Shown in pieces: positions 28,155-38,610 of a stretch of 64,000 bases of DNA. Position numbers and translations under genes: made by a program. This DNA comes from a bacterium (lineage in GTDB: Bacteria > JAAXHH01): the NCBI GenBank assembly GCA_963693015.1, contig OY843748.1:7449-71448 (forward strand), given 5' to 3'. Positions within the stretch are counted from its first letter, which is position 1. Each line of letters opens with the position of its first letter. The notes under the pieces were generated by a model, which was not told where the DNA came from, ran no database searches, and worked only from the letters and a program-made list of their open reading frames with translations.

Positions 28155-28454
28155 ATGATTGATCCCATAACACCCGGTGAGATTCTACTTGAGGAGTACC
28201 TCAGGCCGATGGGCATTTCGCAGAACGCCATGGCGCGTGCAATCGGCGTTGCGCCGCGAGCAATCAATGAGATTGTGCATGGCCGCCGGTCGATAACGCC
28301 ATCCATGTCGATTCGCTTTGGCGCCTTCTTTAATCAATCCGACCAGTTCTGGCATGGCATCCAGGTGGAATGCGACTTCAGAAAGCTCGCAGGGGACAGA
28401 CCGCGCCTCATCGACGGGATTCAACCCGCCGCCACATTGAATCAAAATCCCTGA
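28155..28454 (+). CDS. higA: HigA family antitoxin (XRE HTH)
   Basis: [40 protein letters not shown]. Confidence 0.92.
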   Translation: MIDPITPGEILLEEYLRPMGISQNAMARAIGVAPRAINEIVHGRRSITPSMSIRFGAFFNQSDQFWHGIQVECDFRKLAGDRPRLIDGIQPAATLNQNP

Positions 28455-28493
28455 TCCGCCCCCGAAGGCGACAAAAGCAATCTGGTTAACGCC

Positions 28494-28625
28494 ATGTCCG
28501 AAACGCTCATGGATCTGTACGGCTATCTCAAGGATGACAAACCAGCCTCACCCAAAGCCGACGAACGAAAGGCTGCGCGAGAAGCACGCGCAGCGAGGTA
28601 CAGTCACCAGGAAGCTTCTCGATAA
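28494..28625 (+). pseudogene. possible C-terminal remnant of an AbrB/VapB-type antitoxin (43 aa)
   Basis: MSETLMDLYGYLKDDKPASPKADERKAAREARAARYS; resemblance judged by eye. Confidence 0.3.
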
Positions 28626-28827
28626 CACCAATAGCCTTACAAGCACCCCATTTGTCGATTCTGGACTTCCTTCCTGATTGACTGGCGGCCTGCGTCGCCT
28701 GAACCCACGGTGAGAGGGGCAGTTCCGTACCCGCTCAGCCGAAAATGGATCGACTCCAGACCATCAAAGCCCAGCCAGTATTTCGATGTCTGTCGATGAC
28801 CTGTCGCATGATCAAGCATCCTGAACC

Positions 28828-29877
28828 ATGCACTCATTCCGCAACAAACGATTACACGATCACGAGATACCGCTGAGCACAGTGTGGTTGCTCAACGACA
28901 TCGCCGAGTCACGGGGCAAACAGGCGCTGTTCGTCCGGCAGTCGCCACAGGCCTTGAAGTCGCTCCGCGACGCGGCCGTCATTCAGAGCGCCGAATCCTC
29001 CAACCGTATCGAGGGGGTGGTGGTCGCTCCGGACCGCCTTTATCCGCTGGTGCTCGGCCGATCGAAACCCCGTGATCGCTCCGAGCAGGAGATCCAGGAC
29101 TATCGCTGCGCCCTTGACGAAGTCCATGCCAACTACGCGGATCTTGCCGTCACTGCAGACACCCTGCAACGTCTGCATGCCCTTTGTCAATCTGCCAGCG
29201 GCGACGCCGGTCAATTCAAACAGGTCGATAACGATATCATGGAGTTCCCGCCGGGACAGCCCCCGGTGGTACGGTTCCGATGCGTGAGCGCCGGGGACAC
29301 CCCGGCGGCCGTGGAAGAACTCTGTCAGCTTTATCGATATGCCCTCGACCAGGAAAACGTCCCGCCGCTCATCGCAGTCGCCGCCCTCGTCCTCGATTTC
29401 CTTTGCATCCACCCTTTTCGGGACGGCAACGGACGCGTCTCCCGCCTGCTCACCCTGTTGACGCTGTACCAGCACGGTTACGAAGCCGGTCGCTATATCA
29501 GCCTGGAGCGCCTCATAGAGAAATCCCGGGAGAGCTACTACGAATCGCTCAGGCTGAGTTCCGAACGTTGGCACGAGGGTGAACACGAACTCACGCCTTG
29601 GTTCAACTTCATTTTCACGATGATCCGTCGTGCTTATGTCGAGTTGGAGGAGCGCGCCAGGCAGGCCGATTCATCGCGAGGTGCCAAATCCGAGCGCGTG
29701 TTTGCGGCCATTCGCGCCCAGCCGGGCGAATTCCGTCTGAGCGACCTGGAACGTGCCTGTCCGGGCGTCGGTCGCGAATGGATCCGCACCCTCCTGGCGA
29801 AGCTGAAGAAATCCTGCGATGTGGCATGCCGTGGGCGAGGGCCGGGTGCCCGATGGCGTTTTCTCGGGGATAAATAA
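28828..29877 (+). CDS. Fic family protein with C-terminal HTH
   Basis: HPFRDGNGRVSR catalytic motif; SSNRIEG inhibitory-type motif. Confidence 0.93.
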   Translation: MHSFRNKRLHDHEIPLSTVWLLNDIAESRGKQALFVRQSPQALKSLRDAAVIQSAESSNRIEGVVVAPDRLYPLVLGRSKPRDRSEQEIQDYRCALDEVHANYADLAVTADTLQRLHALCQSASGDAGQFKQVDNDIMEFPPGQPPVVRFRCVSAGDTPAAVEELCQLYRYALDQENVPPLIAVAALVLDFLCIHPFRDGNGRVSRLLTLLTLYQHGYEAGRYISLERLIEKSRESYYESLRLSSERWHEGEHELTPWFNFIFTMIRRAYVELEERARQADSSRGAKSERVFAAIRAQPGEFRLSDLERACPGVGREWIRTLLAKLKKSCDVACRGRGPGARWRFLGDK

Positions 29878-29993
29878 AGGCAATGACGCCTGAGCAGGCC
29901 GCGGGACGGCCGATATAATGAGGCTCGGTTTTCTCAGGAATAAGGGTAGTAACGCTTTAGTAAGGGTAGTAATAAGGGTATTAACGGGTAAAC
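29857..29993 (+). repeat. duplicated Fic 3' end and short TAAGGGTA repeats
   Basis: gttttctcggggataaataaaggcaatgacgc vs gttttctcaggaataagggtagtaacgc; taagggta(g/t)taa three times in 29941-29984. Confidence 0.6.
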
Positions 29994-30049
29994 AGACCGG
30001 TTTGACCCGCTACACCTGCTCGCCGCGGCATGGACTCCCACCGTCCCGC

Positions 30050-30334
30050 TCAAACCCCTTCGGCAAAGACCACGCTGGCCTTCGTAGCCTTCTGGCGAAG
30101 CACTCTGAGTTCGCGGTATTCCGGAGAATTCAACCAGGCCCTCGCCTGGTCGCCGTCTTCGAATTCCACGACGACCATGCCTTCCGAGGTCCAATCTCCG
30201 TCCAGGACCTCCACTTCGCCGCGCACGATATACCTTCCGCCGTGCGCCTCTACGGCCGCTGCAGTCCGTTTGCTGAACTCGGAGAAGGCTGTATAGTCCG
30301 TTACGACGTATTCCTCGATGATGTATGCGGCCAT
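30050..30334 (-). CDS. DUF1330 family protein
   Basis: HGGRYIVRG..LDGDW..VVVEF..W.NSPEY. Confidence 0.88.
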   Translation of the reverse strand: MAAYIIEEYVVTDYTAFSEFSKRTAAAVEAHGGRYIVRGEVEVLDGDWTSEGMVVVEFEDGDQARAWLNSPEYRELRVLRQKATKASVVFAEGV

Positions 30335-30347
30335 GGAGGGTCTTTCC

Positions 30348-32135
30348 TCACCCCTCCGTCGCCAGCTTGCCCCGGGCGGGCTGGAAGTGCACCGCGGCGA
30401 TGGCCTGGCGTACCTTGTCCACGTTCTCGGTGAAGAGGATGCCGAGCTGGGTCAGGGTCCGGTCCATCCGCGTATTCTTGTCGTGCACGGGGAAGATGTG
30501 CAGGTTCTGGAACCGCTCTCTCACGTCGTCCACCATCTCGCCGGCCATGACGACCAGGTCCGAATCCTTGAGCGCGGAGAGTTTTTCCTCGCTGAGCTCC
30601 TCCACCCGGATATTCATCTCGTCCAGGAAGGTGCGGAGCACGCGGCTCACGTCCACGTTTGACACGGCCAGGAGGACGCGCTTGTAGCGGTCCGGCGACA
30701 GGGATACGTTCTCGGCGCGGAGGTCGGCCAGGTACTCGGTGTGCTCCTTGAACCACCGCCGCAGGATGGAGTAGCCGTTCAGGCGCAGCAGGCCGTTGCG
30801 CAACTGACGGGCCGCCTCCCGCTTGTTGAACCTGAGGGCGTTGAAGGCGGCGCTGGCGAGCTTGTACGCGATGCGATGCGGTGCGTACATGCCCTTCATG
30901 CCTTCCATGACCGTGTTGACCAGTTCGTAGCGGGTCATGTTCGGTACGGGATGGTTGGCGTGGTGGCCGTCGTAATGGCTCCAGTCGCGGCTCAGGTACT
31001 CGCCGCCCTGCAGATCGTAGCGGATGGTGTCTTCGGAACCGGGCAGGTAGGTCAAGATCATGCACTGCGACGTCGCCAGGTCCTTCTTTTTGGCGAATTC
31101 GAACTGGTGCTGGATGGTCTCCGGATGGTCCGAGTCGGCGCCGGCAATGAACATGGCGTGGAGGTCGATGCCGTGGCCATGGATCGCGTCGATGGCCCGC
31201 TCCACGTCGTGGGCCGTCTCTTTCTTGCCGTACAGCTCCAGGGCCGTCTCGTCGATGGATTCGAAACCGACCATCACGCGGTCGCACCCGGCTTCCCGCA
31301 TCTTCTTCATGAGCGCCGGCTGCTTGGAGATCTCGTGACGCATCTGGGCCGCCCAGGGAATGATCAGCTTGCGGTCGATCATGCCCTGCATGATGGCCAT
31401 GGTGCGGTCGACCGGGACATTGAAGATATCGTCGGCAAAGAAGAGATAGCTGAAGTCCGGTATTTTCGTATAGGCTTCCAGCATGTCGAGTACGCGCCCG
31501 ACCGAGTGCCCTCGCAGCTTGTGACCGTTCAGCTTGGTCACCGTACAGAAGCTGCAGTCCCACGGACACCCTCTCTGCGTCTGTATCGACATGATGTCCA
31601 TTTTCCCCCGGGGTACGAGCGTAAAGTCGGGTATGGGCAACACGTCGAGGTCTTCCGCCTTCGGGCGCTCCGGATTGTGAACCGCCTGGCCTTCTTCCAC
31701 CCAGGACAGGTTGGCGATTCCCCGGTAATCGGCGCCGGATTCCAGGCAGCGGACCAGTTCGACCAGGGCCTCCTCGCCCTCGCCGCGCACCACGAAATCA
31801 CAATGCTGCAAGGCTTCGTCCGGCACGAAGGTCGGGTGCGTTCCCCCCATCACGATCGTCTTTTCGGGGTAGACGTTCCGGATGAAATCGGCGTACTGGT
31901 AGGACCCGGGCGCCGTGGACGTCAGGGAGGAGATGCAGATCAGGTCGGCTTCCCCGAACTCGTTCGTATCGATATCCTCCACCTCTTCCAGCATTACCCT
32001 GACGCCGTAGCCCAGGTCCCGCATGATCGTCGCGAGCACCAGGCAGCCGATACGCGGTATATAGGCGTCCGAATACACGTGGAGATGGGAGGATTTCGGT
32101 TCGAGAAAGAGGATGTGCTTGATACGTTTTCGCAT
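30348..32135 (-). CDS. cobalamin-binding radical SAM protein
   Basis: N-terminal B12-binding region (GGTHPT, GEGE); RGCPWDCSFC; GFES. Confidence 0.92.
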   Translation of the reverse strand: MRKRIKHILFLEPKSSHLHVYSDAYIPRIGCLVLATIMRDLGYGVRVMLEEVEDIDTNEFGEADLICISSLTSTAPGSYQYADFIRNVYPEKTIVMGGTHPTFVPDEALQHCDFVVRGEGEEALVELVRCLESGADYRGIANLSWVEEGQAVHNPERPKAEDLDVLPIPDFTLVPRGKMDIMSIQTQRGCPWDCSFCTVTKLNGHKLRGHSVGRVLDMLEAYTKIPDFSYLFFADDIFNVPVDRTMAIMQGMIDRKLIIPWAAQMRHEISKQPALMKKMREAGCDRVMVGFESIDETALELYGKKETAHDVERAIDAIHGHGIDLHAMFIAGADSDHPETIQHQFEFAKKKDLATSQCMILTYLPGSEDTIRYDLQGGEYLSRDWSHYDGHHANHPVPNMTRYELVNTVMEGMKGMYAPHRIAYKLASAAFNALRFNKREAARQLRNGLLRLNGYSILRRWFKEHTEYLADLRAENVSLSPDRYKRVLLAVSNVDVSRVLRTFLDEMNIRVEELSEEKLSALKDSDLVVMAGEMVDDVRERFQNLHIFPVHDKNTRMDRTLTQLGILFTENVDKVRQAIAAVHFQPARGKLATEG

Positions 32136-32182
32136 TGCTGGCTCCTGTAGGAAACCGTCCGGAACGGCACCGTAGGCTTGGT

Positions 32183-33319
32183 CTACTGCATGGATGCGAT
32201 GAATCGGTCGAAAAGGTAATCGGCGTCGTGCGGCCCCGGTGACGCTTCGGGGTGATATTGTACCGAAAACACCGGATACCGCCGGTGCCTGAGCCCTTCA
32301 AGCGTCTGGTCGTTCAGATTGATGTGGGTCAACTCCACCTCGGATTCGTCGAGGGTCGAAGCGTCGATGGCGAAACCGTGGTTCTGGGCGGTGATTTCCA
32401 CCCGGCCCGATTCGCACTGCCGGACAGGCTGGTTGGCGCCGCGGTGACCGAACTTCAGCTTGAACCGCTCGCCGCCCAGCGCCATGCCGAGTAACTGGTG
32501 ACCGATGCAGATGCCGAATATCGGCTTTTGATCGATCAGGTTCTTCAATTCATCAATGGCATATTCGACGGCCCCGGGATCCCCCGGTCCGTTGGACAAC
32601 ATGATGCCGTCGGGGTTCAGCCGCAAGACCTGCTCGGCCGTGTAGTCCGCCGGCAGCACGAGCACCCGGCAGCCCCGGCGCGCCAGGCTTCTCAGGATGT
32701 TGTGCTTGACTCCGTAATCCATTACGACGACCCGGTACGTCCCGGGTTCGTCGAAGCTGTCCCATATCTTCTCCGGATCGTCATCGGGAGGGGCCATGTG
32801 GATCCGGCGGTCACCCTCCCACCGGTATGGCCGGTCCGTGGTCACTTCGCGAACCAGGTCCATCCCGACCATTCTCGGCACGGCCCTCGCCTGTTCTACA
32901 AGTGCTTCGGGTTCCGACGCGCCGGATCGTATCACCCCGCGCATGACGCCGTCGACCCTGAGTCTTCGGGTCAGGGCCCGGGTATCGATGCCGGAAATGC
33001 CTACGACGCCATGATCGGCCAGGAAGCGGTCGAGACTGTCGGTCGAGCGCCAGTTGCTCGGATTCCGCTGGTATTCCCGTACCACGAACCCTTCCGCGTG
33101 CGGGTGAAGCGATTCCAGATCGCCGGGATTCACGCCGTAATTCCCGATCAACGGGTAGGTCATGGTCACGATCTGACCTTTATACGACGGGTCGGTCAAT
33201 ACCTCCTGGTATCCGATCATGCTGGTGTTGAAAACGACTTCTCCCACCTTTTCCCCGGTAGCGCCAAAGGATTCGCCTTCGTAGACTGTGCCGTCTTCCA
33301 GGGCCAGCCATGCCTCCAT
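32183..33319 (-). CDS. carA: carbamoyl-phosphate synthase small subunit
   Basis: GEVVFNT, SNGPGDP, GICIGHQ, QYHPEASPGPHD. Confidence 0.97.
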   Translation of the reverse strand: MEAWLALEDGTVYEGESFGATGEKVGEVVFNTSMIGYQEVLTDPSYKGQIVTMTYPLIGNYGVNPGDLESLHPHAEGFVVREYQRNPSNWRSTDSLDRFLADHGVVGISGIDTRALTRRLRVDGVMRGVIRSGASEPEALVEQARAVPRMVGMDLVREVTTDRPYRWEGDRRIHMAPPDDDPEKIWDSFDEPGTYRVVVMDYGVKHNILRSLARRGCRVLVLPADYTAEQVLRLNPDGIMLSNGPGDPGAVEYAIDELKNLIDQKPIFGICIGHQLLGMALGGERFKLKFGHRGANQPVRQCESGRVEITAQNHGFAIDASTLDESEVELTHINLNDQTLEGLRHRRYPVFSVQYHPEASPGPHDADYLFDRFIASMQ

Positions 33320-33369
33320 AAACGCTCCTTCAAGGGGATACCAGTGGGGGCCGTTCGGATATTATGATT

Positions 33370-33398
33370 ACGATACCCGAACCCGCCCGATGTGTCAA
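33370..33398 (-). promoter_or_regulatory. sigma70-type promoter for carA
   Basis: TTGACA-17 bp-TATCGT on the minus strand. Confidence 0.6.
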
Positions 33399-33509
33399 GG
33401 AAAATCGCCCCCGCGTAAACCGGCCGCGCAGGCTCTGACCGACCGCCGATATCGCTTTACGCGCAGCGCTACCGAAGGTATATTGCCAAACCGCCGCGGA
33501 GGGAAGCGA

Positions 33510-35654
33510 ATGACATTTTTGAACGCGTTGATGCTACTGGGTCTCGCAGCGGTGGCCGTGCCGCTGATCATACACCTGTATCATCGCCAGCGGGTCTCCA
33601 CCGTCGATTTCAGTTCCGTCATCTTCATCAGGGATCACCATCTGCAACGGTCCCGGGCCCTGAGGCTCCGGGAATTGCTTCTTCTTCTGCTCCGTACCCT
33701 CATCATCCTGTTCCTGGTGCTGGCATTCTCCAGACCGGTGGTCGAAGGGCTGGCGGGTTCGTTGATCGGCAGCGGCCTCAAGCAGAAGGCGGCCTTCGCC
33801 ATCGTGCTGGACAACTCGTACAGCATGGGGGCCGGGCGCTACGGAGACGCTCCGTTCGCCGCCGCAAGGCTCGAGGCCGGACGCATTATCGATACGATGC
33901 GGCAGGGCGACGAGGGTTTGATCATTCTGTCGGCCGCGTCTCCCGAGGCACTGCCGCCCGTTCCCACGGCCCGAATGGCAACGCTCAGGGAAGGGCTGGC
34001 GGACGTGGAAGTATCCGAAAGATCGGGGGATATTGCCGGGGCCCTGGGCCTCGCGCGGCAGAAACTGGCCGGCATCGTCTCGGCGGACAAAAGGATCTAC
34101 CTTCTGTCGGATTTGCAGCGAAGCGACTGGCAGGATCTGGCGGAATCCGCTTCGGCGGCCCCGTCCCAGCCGCCGCAATCCGCCCCGCGACTATACCTGT
34201 ACGCCTACGCGGCGGGGAGCGTGGACAACGTCAGTATCGACGCCGTTTCCGTAAGCGAGGGCCTGCTCATCCGCAATCAGCCGGAACGGTTCGTCGCCAC
34301 CTATACCAACCGGGACAGTAGCGCGATGAACGTCAGGGAAGTCAGTCTCGTCATCAACGGCGAAAAGCGGGACAGCCGCCAGGTGACGGCCGAAGCGGGC
34401 GGCACGGGTACCGTGCAGTTCAACGTATTGATCGACACCCCGGGAAGATACAACGGATACGTGGAACTGGACGAGGATGATATCGCGGCCGACAACCGCC
34501 GGTATTTCACCCTCACCGTTCCGGAGGCCTTCGGCGTCACCGCAGTCGGGCGGACCGAGTCCAGGTACTTCATCGAGCAGGTGCTGAAACCGTCGGGCGG
34601 ACTGGTCACGCCCGTGGATCTGCGAACTGCATCCGCCGACGTGTTGAACAGCGACCTGAAAGACGCGGGCGTGCTGATCGTGGATGGCGAAGTGGAGCTG
34701 ACGCCCGCGCGGCTTTCCAGCCTGGCGCGTTACGTTTCCTCCGGCGGCGGGGTCCTGATCTTCCTGGGTGGCGGGCTGGATCGGTCCGATTACGGGAACC
34801 GGTTTTTCGCGGACGTCTTCGGTTGCTCGATCAGGGGCAGAAGGGGGGCGCCCGACAGGAAACAGACCTTTCTCCGCGTGGACCAGGTCGATTACGAGCA
34901 TCCCGTCTTTCGCTTCGCCGGCCGTTCCGCCGACGCGTTGTCGACCGGCGCCGCCAAGTTCTACGTGTCCTTTGCCGTAGACGCCGCCCTCGGCGCCCGG
35001 GTGATCGCGCGATTCACGGACGGGACGCCGGCGATACTCGAAGGACGGTACGGCAGCGGCCGGGCCTTGTTGGTTGCGACCGACGTAAACACCGGATGGA
35101 GCGATCTGGCGCTGAAAAGCATGTTCGTACCGTTCATGCATCGAAGCGTCCGGTATCTGCATCCATCCGTGGCGGTCGCCGAAGGCGGTTACCTGGCGGG
35201 AAACCCGGTCGTGCAGCCCCTCGTTCATGCTCCGGCGAACGACGAGATTTACCTGGAATACCCGTCGGGAGGTTCGGAGACCGTACAGCCCCGGTTCGGC
35301 CGCAACGGGATTACCGTGGAAGTCCCGGACACGAAACAACCCGGTGTATATCTTCTGCGGGACGGGGCGGCCGTCGTGCAGGCCTTCGCGGTAAATCCGG
35401 ACACGCGGGAATCAGACCTGGCGCGATATACCCCGGTACAGGCGGCCGGCTTCCTGGGGACCGACGCGAATGTCGTTCTCATGAACCCGGACGGCGGCTC
35501 GGACTTCCCGGGCAGCGGGACCTTCAGCGCCGCGGGCCGGTATGAAATCTGGAAATCCCTGATCGTCTTCATGATGTTGCTCCTGCTGGTGGAATACTGG
35601 CTATCGGGTTCGCGCACCGGGGACAACGTGGTCCGGACCAAAACGCCAGTTTAA
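33510..35654 (+). CDS. BatA domain / vWA domain membrane protein
   Basis: MTFLN..PLIIHL BatA N-terminus; LDNSYSM MIDAS; C-terminal TM. Confidence 0.88.
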   Translation: MTFLNALMLLGLAAVAVPLIIHLYHRQRVSTVDFSSVIFIRDHHLQRSRALRLRELLLLLLRTLIILFLVLAFSRPVVEGLAGSLIGSGLKQKAAFAIVLDNSYSMGAGRYGDAPFAAARLEAGRIIDTMRQGDEGLIILSAASPEALPPVPTARMATLREGLADVEVSERSGDIAGALGLARQKLAGIVSADKRIYLLSDLQRSDWQDLAESASAAPSQPPQSAPRLYLYAYAAGSVDNVSIDAVSVSEGLLIRNQPERFVATYTNRDSSAMNVREVSLVINGEKRDSRQVTAEAGGTGTVQFNVLIDTPGRYNGYVELDEDDIAADNRRYFTLTVPEAFGVTAVGRTESRYFIEQVLKPSGGLVTPVDLRTASADVLNSDLKDAGVLIVDGEVELTPARLSSLARYVSSGGGVLIFLGGGLDRSDYGNRFFADVFGCSIRGRRGAPDRKQTFLRVDQVDYEHPVFRFAGRSADALSTGAAKFYVSFAVDAALGARVIARFTDGTPAILEGRYGSGRALLVATDVNTGWSDLALKSMFVPFMHRSVRYLHPSVAVAEGGYLAGNPVVQPLVHAPANDEIYLEYPSGGSETVQPRFGRNGITVEVPDTKQPGVYLLRDGAAVVQAFAVNPDTRESDLARYTPVQAAGFLGTDANVVLMNPDGGSDFPGSGTFSAAGRYEIWKSLIVFMMLLLLVEYWLSGSRTGDNVVRTKTPV

Positions 35655-35669
35655 AGAGCATACGCCAAT

Positions 35670-36989
35670 ATGCCCGAAATGCACGAAATATCCAGAAACG
35701 TCCGGGAACGCGCCTTGCTGATCGGCATGGTGCCGTCTAACGAGCGGATCGCCGAGATGGAGGAATCGCTCGATGAACTGGCCCTGCTGGCCGATACCGC
35801 CGGCGCGAAAATCGTGGACAGGATCATCCAGGTCCGCAGCGCCATGCACCCGGCGTACTATATCGGGACCGGCAAGGCCAGGTCCATCGCCGAGCGGTGC
35901 GAGGCGGATGAGATCGATCTGGTGATTTTCGACGACGACCTCACGCCGGCCCAGGTGAGGAACCTCGACCGTGTCATCGAGCGGCGTATCCTGGACCGCA
36001 GCGGCCTGATTCTCGATATTTTCGCTTCGCGGGCCAGGTCGAGGCAGGCCAAGCTGCAGGTCGAGCTCGCCCAGCTGCAGTACATGATGCCGCGCCTGAT
36101 GCGGCAGTGGGACCACTTGTCCCGGCAGGAAGGCGGCGTGGCGGCGGGATCGTCGGGCGGCGCCATCGGCGTGCGGGGACCCGGTGAGACGCAGCTGGAG
36201 ATCGACCGCCGTCTGATCCGCGGACGCATTACCCATCTGCGCAGGAACCTCAAGCAGGTGGTCGCTTCCTATAATCGTCAGCGTCAGCGCAGAAGCGCCA
36301 TGTTCTGCGTCACCCTGATCGGTTACACCAACGCCGGGAAGTCCACGATCTTCAATGCCTTCACCCGGGCGGACACGCTGATCGAAGACCGGCTGTTCGC
36401 CACGCTCGATGCGACGACGCGCGCGGTAAACGTGACCCCGGGCCAACCCGTCCTGCTGTCGGATACCGTGGGTTTCATCCGGAAGCTGCCCCATCACCTG
36501 ATTGCGTCATTCAAAAGCACGCTGACCGAGGTCTACGACGCGGACCTGCTCGTACACGTCGTGGACGGCAGCCATCCCAATCACGTGGAACATATCGCGA
36601 CGGTGAACCAGGTGCTGGCGGAACTGGGGGTTTCCGATCTTCCCTTGCTGCTGGTCTTCAACAAGGCGGATCGGCTGGAAAGTCCGGACGCACGGGATAT
36701 CCTGACGCTCTCCTATCCCGACGCCATCGCGGTATCCGCCCTGGACCCCGACGACCTGGAGCGTTTGCGGCAGCGGATTTCAAGCCGGGTCGATCGGCAT
36801 CGCGTGGAGTTGGAACTGCTGATCCCCTATGAGAACGGACACGCGGTCTCCGTCGCGTACGAATCGGGGGAGGTGCTGCGCCGGGAGGACGCATCGGAGG
36901 GGGTTCGCCTTACGGTCCGCATGATGCCGTCCGTAGCCGGCCGCCTCGGCAAGACGCTGGACGCCTTCGTTTGCAGAAACCCGGAGTGA
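35670..36989 (+). CDS. hflX: GTPase HflX
   Basis: GPGETQLE, GYTNAGKST, DTVGFI, NKAD. Confidence 0.96.
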   Translation: MPEMHEISRNVRERALLIGMVPSNERIAEMEESLDELALLADTAGAKIVDRIIQVRSAMHPAYYIGTGKARSIAERCEADEIDLVIFDDDLTPAQVRNLDRVIERRILDRSGLILDIFASRARSRQAKLQVELAQLQYMMPRLMRQWDHLSRQEGGVAAGSSGGAIGVRGPGETQLEIDRRLIRGRITHLRRNLKQVVASYNRQRQRRSAMFCVTLIGYTNAGKSTIFNAFTRADTLIEDRLFATLDATTRAVNVTPGQPVLLSDTVGFIRKLPHHLIASFKSTLTEVYDADLLVHVVDGSHPNHVEHIATVNQVLAELGVSDLPLLLVFNKADRLESPDARDILTLSYPDAIAVSALDPDDLERLRQRISSRVDRHRVELELLIPYENGHAVSVAYESGEVLRREDASEGVRLTVRMMPSVAGRLGKTLDAFVCRNPE

Positions 36990-37035
36990 ACCGCGCCGTC
37001 GGGTACTCACGCGCCATGATACCGGCAACAGGCGC

Positions 37036-38610
37036 TCAGGGCTTGGCGGGATCGGCATCCGGACTGCTGGCGGGTACGGGCAGCGTCGGTTGCGAGTAAT
37101 CCCTGACGTCCTGTATGAAAGCATCGTTCATGAGTTGCAGGTCCTGCCGCCAATTCGGATTGTAGAGTTCTCCCCGAGCCGAGGAATGCACCAGTTCATA
37201 TCGGCCAACTCCGCGCCGATCACCGAAGACGAAGAAATGGCGTCCCCCTTCCGACGTCCGTGAAGGATCGCCTTCGACGCCTTCGGTGTAGTACCAGACC
37301 TGGTGGGCTTTCATGATGTTGTCGCTGTCGTACCGTACGATTTCTTCGGGCTGACCGTACCGGATGAAAACCGACCCCCGGTCGCTTTCCGCCCCACCCA
37401 GTTGAAAGTCGGCATAGGAAAAACGCTCGTTGAAGACCATCATGGATTCGTTTTCCGGGGTCTCGGGCGTTGGATCGCGCATGCGCCAGAAGGCGATCAG
37501 GAATTCGGTCTTGCCTTCCAGGTCGAGATTGTCGTAGAGGTCGCGCTCCCGCTTGGACGCCAGGATCGCCAGCATCCTCCGGCCCCGCTTCGCCTGTTCC
37601 TCGGTCAGTACCGTTACGGGCGGGGGCGGCGGCGGGGGCTGGACAATCTCGAAAACGGCCGAACTGGACGCTTCCCCCCCGGTCTGGGCGTCCCTGACCG
37701 TCACTTCCAGGGTATAGATACCTTCGGGGAAGGTCATGTAGTCCAGTGCGATCACGTCCAGGCCGTCGGAACCTGAAATCCGCCGGTTCTTTTTGGGCGG
37801 GAGGGGGAAGGTCATTCCGTTGACGTGGCTGGTTACCGCGGGGTAAACGTCGTAGGCCGCCTCAGCTCCGGCCGAATCCGGTGCCAGGTTGTATATCTCG
37901 AAATACAGGAACATGTTACGCGGCTTGTAACTGCCGTCATCGGGCATCTCCGCCCATTTCTCGAATATCCGAAGGGGATTGGGCAGGATCAGCAGGCTGT
38001 TTTTCGTGAAACGGTTGCGCTCTTCAGCCCTTTGGATGAGCGTCGAGAACTGCAGATTGCTTACCGAAAGTTCAGGTACGTTGAAGGGCCGGGCGACAAA
38101 AGGTTTGGTGGCTTCGCCATAGCGTCCGGAGTTCAGGTCGGTCACGAGCACCTTCGCGTGGTACGTACCCGCGGCAACGCCGGCGGCGATCTGTTCCAAT
38201 ACCACCCTTTCCTCGCCCCTGCGGGTAACGACGACGGGCCGGTCCGTCTTGTACTCCCGTTTCTGGACGGTTTGAAATACCACATTCTCCTGGTCGTCGG
38301 TGATGGACAGATCGATCGAGAAGGTGGCGACGTAGATCCCGTCCTCTTTTTCTTCGAGGGTAAACTCGCTGGGACGGCACAGGAAATAGAACTCCAGGTA
38401 GGTCTGTTCCTCCTGCCCCCTGAAACCGCTCACGTCCACGGCGAAATCGATCTCTCCGGTACTATTGGCCGGCAACTTTAAGGGGTCGCCCCCGGCACGG
38501 GTGGAATCTGCGTCTGCCGAGGCGGCTGCCTGTTCCGGTACCTGGGCCAGGGCGGACCCGGTGCAGAGCAGGCAGACGAGGCAGATAAGACGGCAGTAGA
38601 ATCGAAACAC
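37036..38610 (-). CDS. GWxTD domain-containing secreted protein
   Basis: Signal peptide; FW..RDPTPETPENE..R..YA..GAESDRG..IRYGQP. Confidence 0.82.
   Translation of the reverse strand: MFRFYCRLICLVCLLCTGSALAQVPEQAAASADADSTRAGGDPLKLPANSTGEIDFAVDVSGFRGQEEQTYLEFYFLCRPSEFTLEEKEDGIYVATFSIDLSITDDQENVVFQTVQKREYKTDRPVVVTRRGEERVVLEQIAAGVAAGTYHAKVLVTDLNSGRYGEATKPFVARPFNVPELSVSNLQFSTLIQRAEERNRFTKNSLLILPNPLRIFEKWAEMPDDGSYKPRNMFLYFEIYNLAPDSAGAEAAYDVYPAVTSHVNGMTFPLPPKKNRRISGSDGLDVIALDYMTFPEGIYTLEVTVRDAQTGGEASSSAVFEIVQPPPPPPPVTVLTEEQAKRGRRMLAILASKRERDLYDNLDLEGKTEFLIAFWRMRDPTPETPENESMMVFNERFSYADFQLGGAESDRGSVFIRYGQPEEIVRYDSDNIMKAHQVWYYTEGVEGDPSRTSEGGRHFFVFGDRRGVGRYELVHSSARGELYNPNWRQDLQLMNDAFIQDVRDYSQPTLPVPASSPDADPAKP

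Noticed and set aside
27836-28306. 156-aa minus-strand ORF
   Set aside because: Antisense shadow of the higB remnant and higA.
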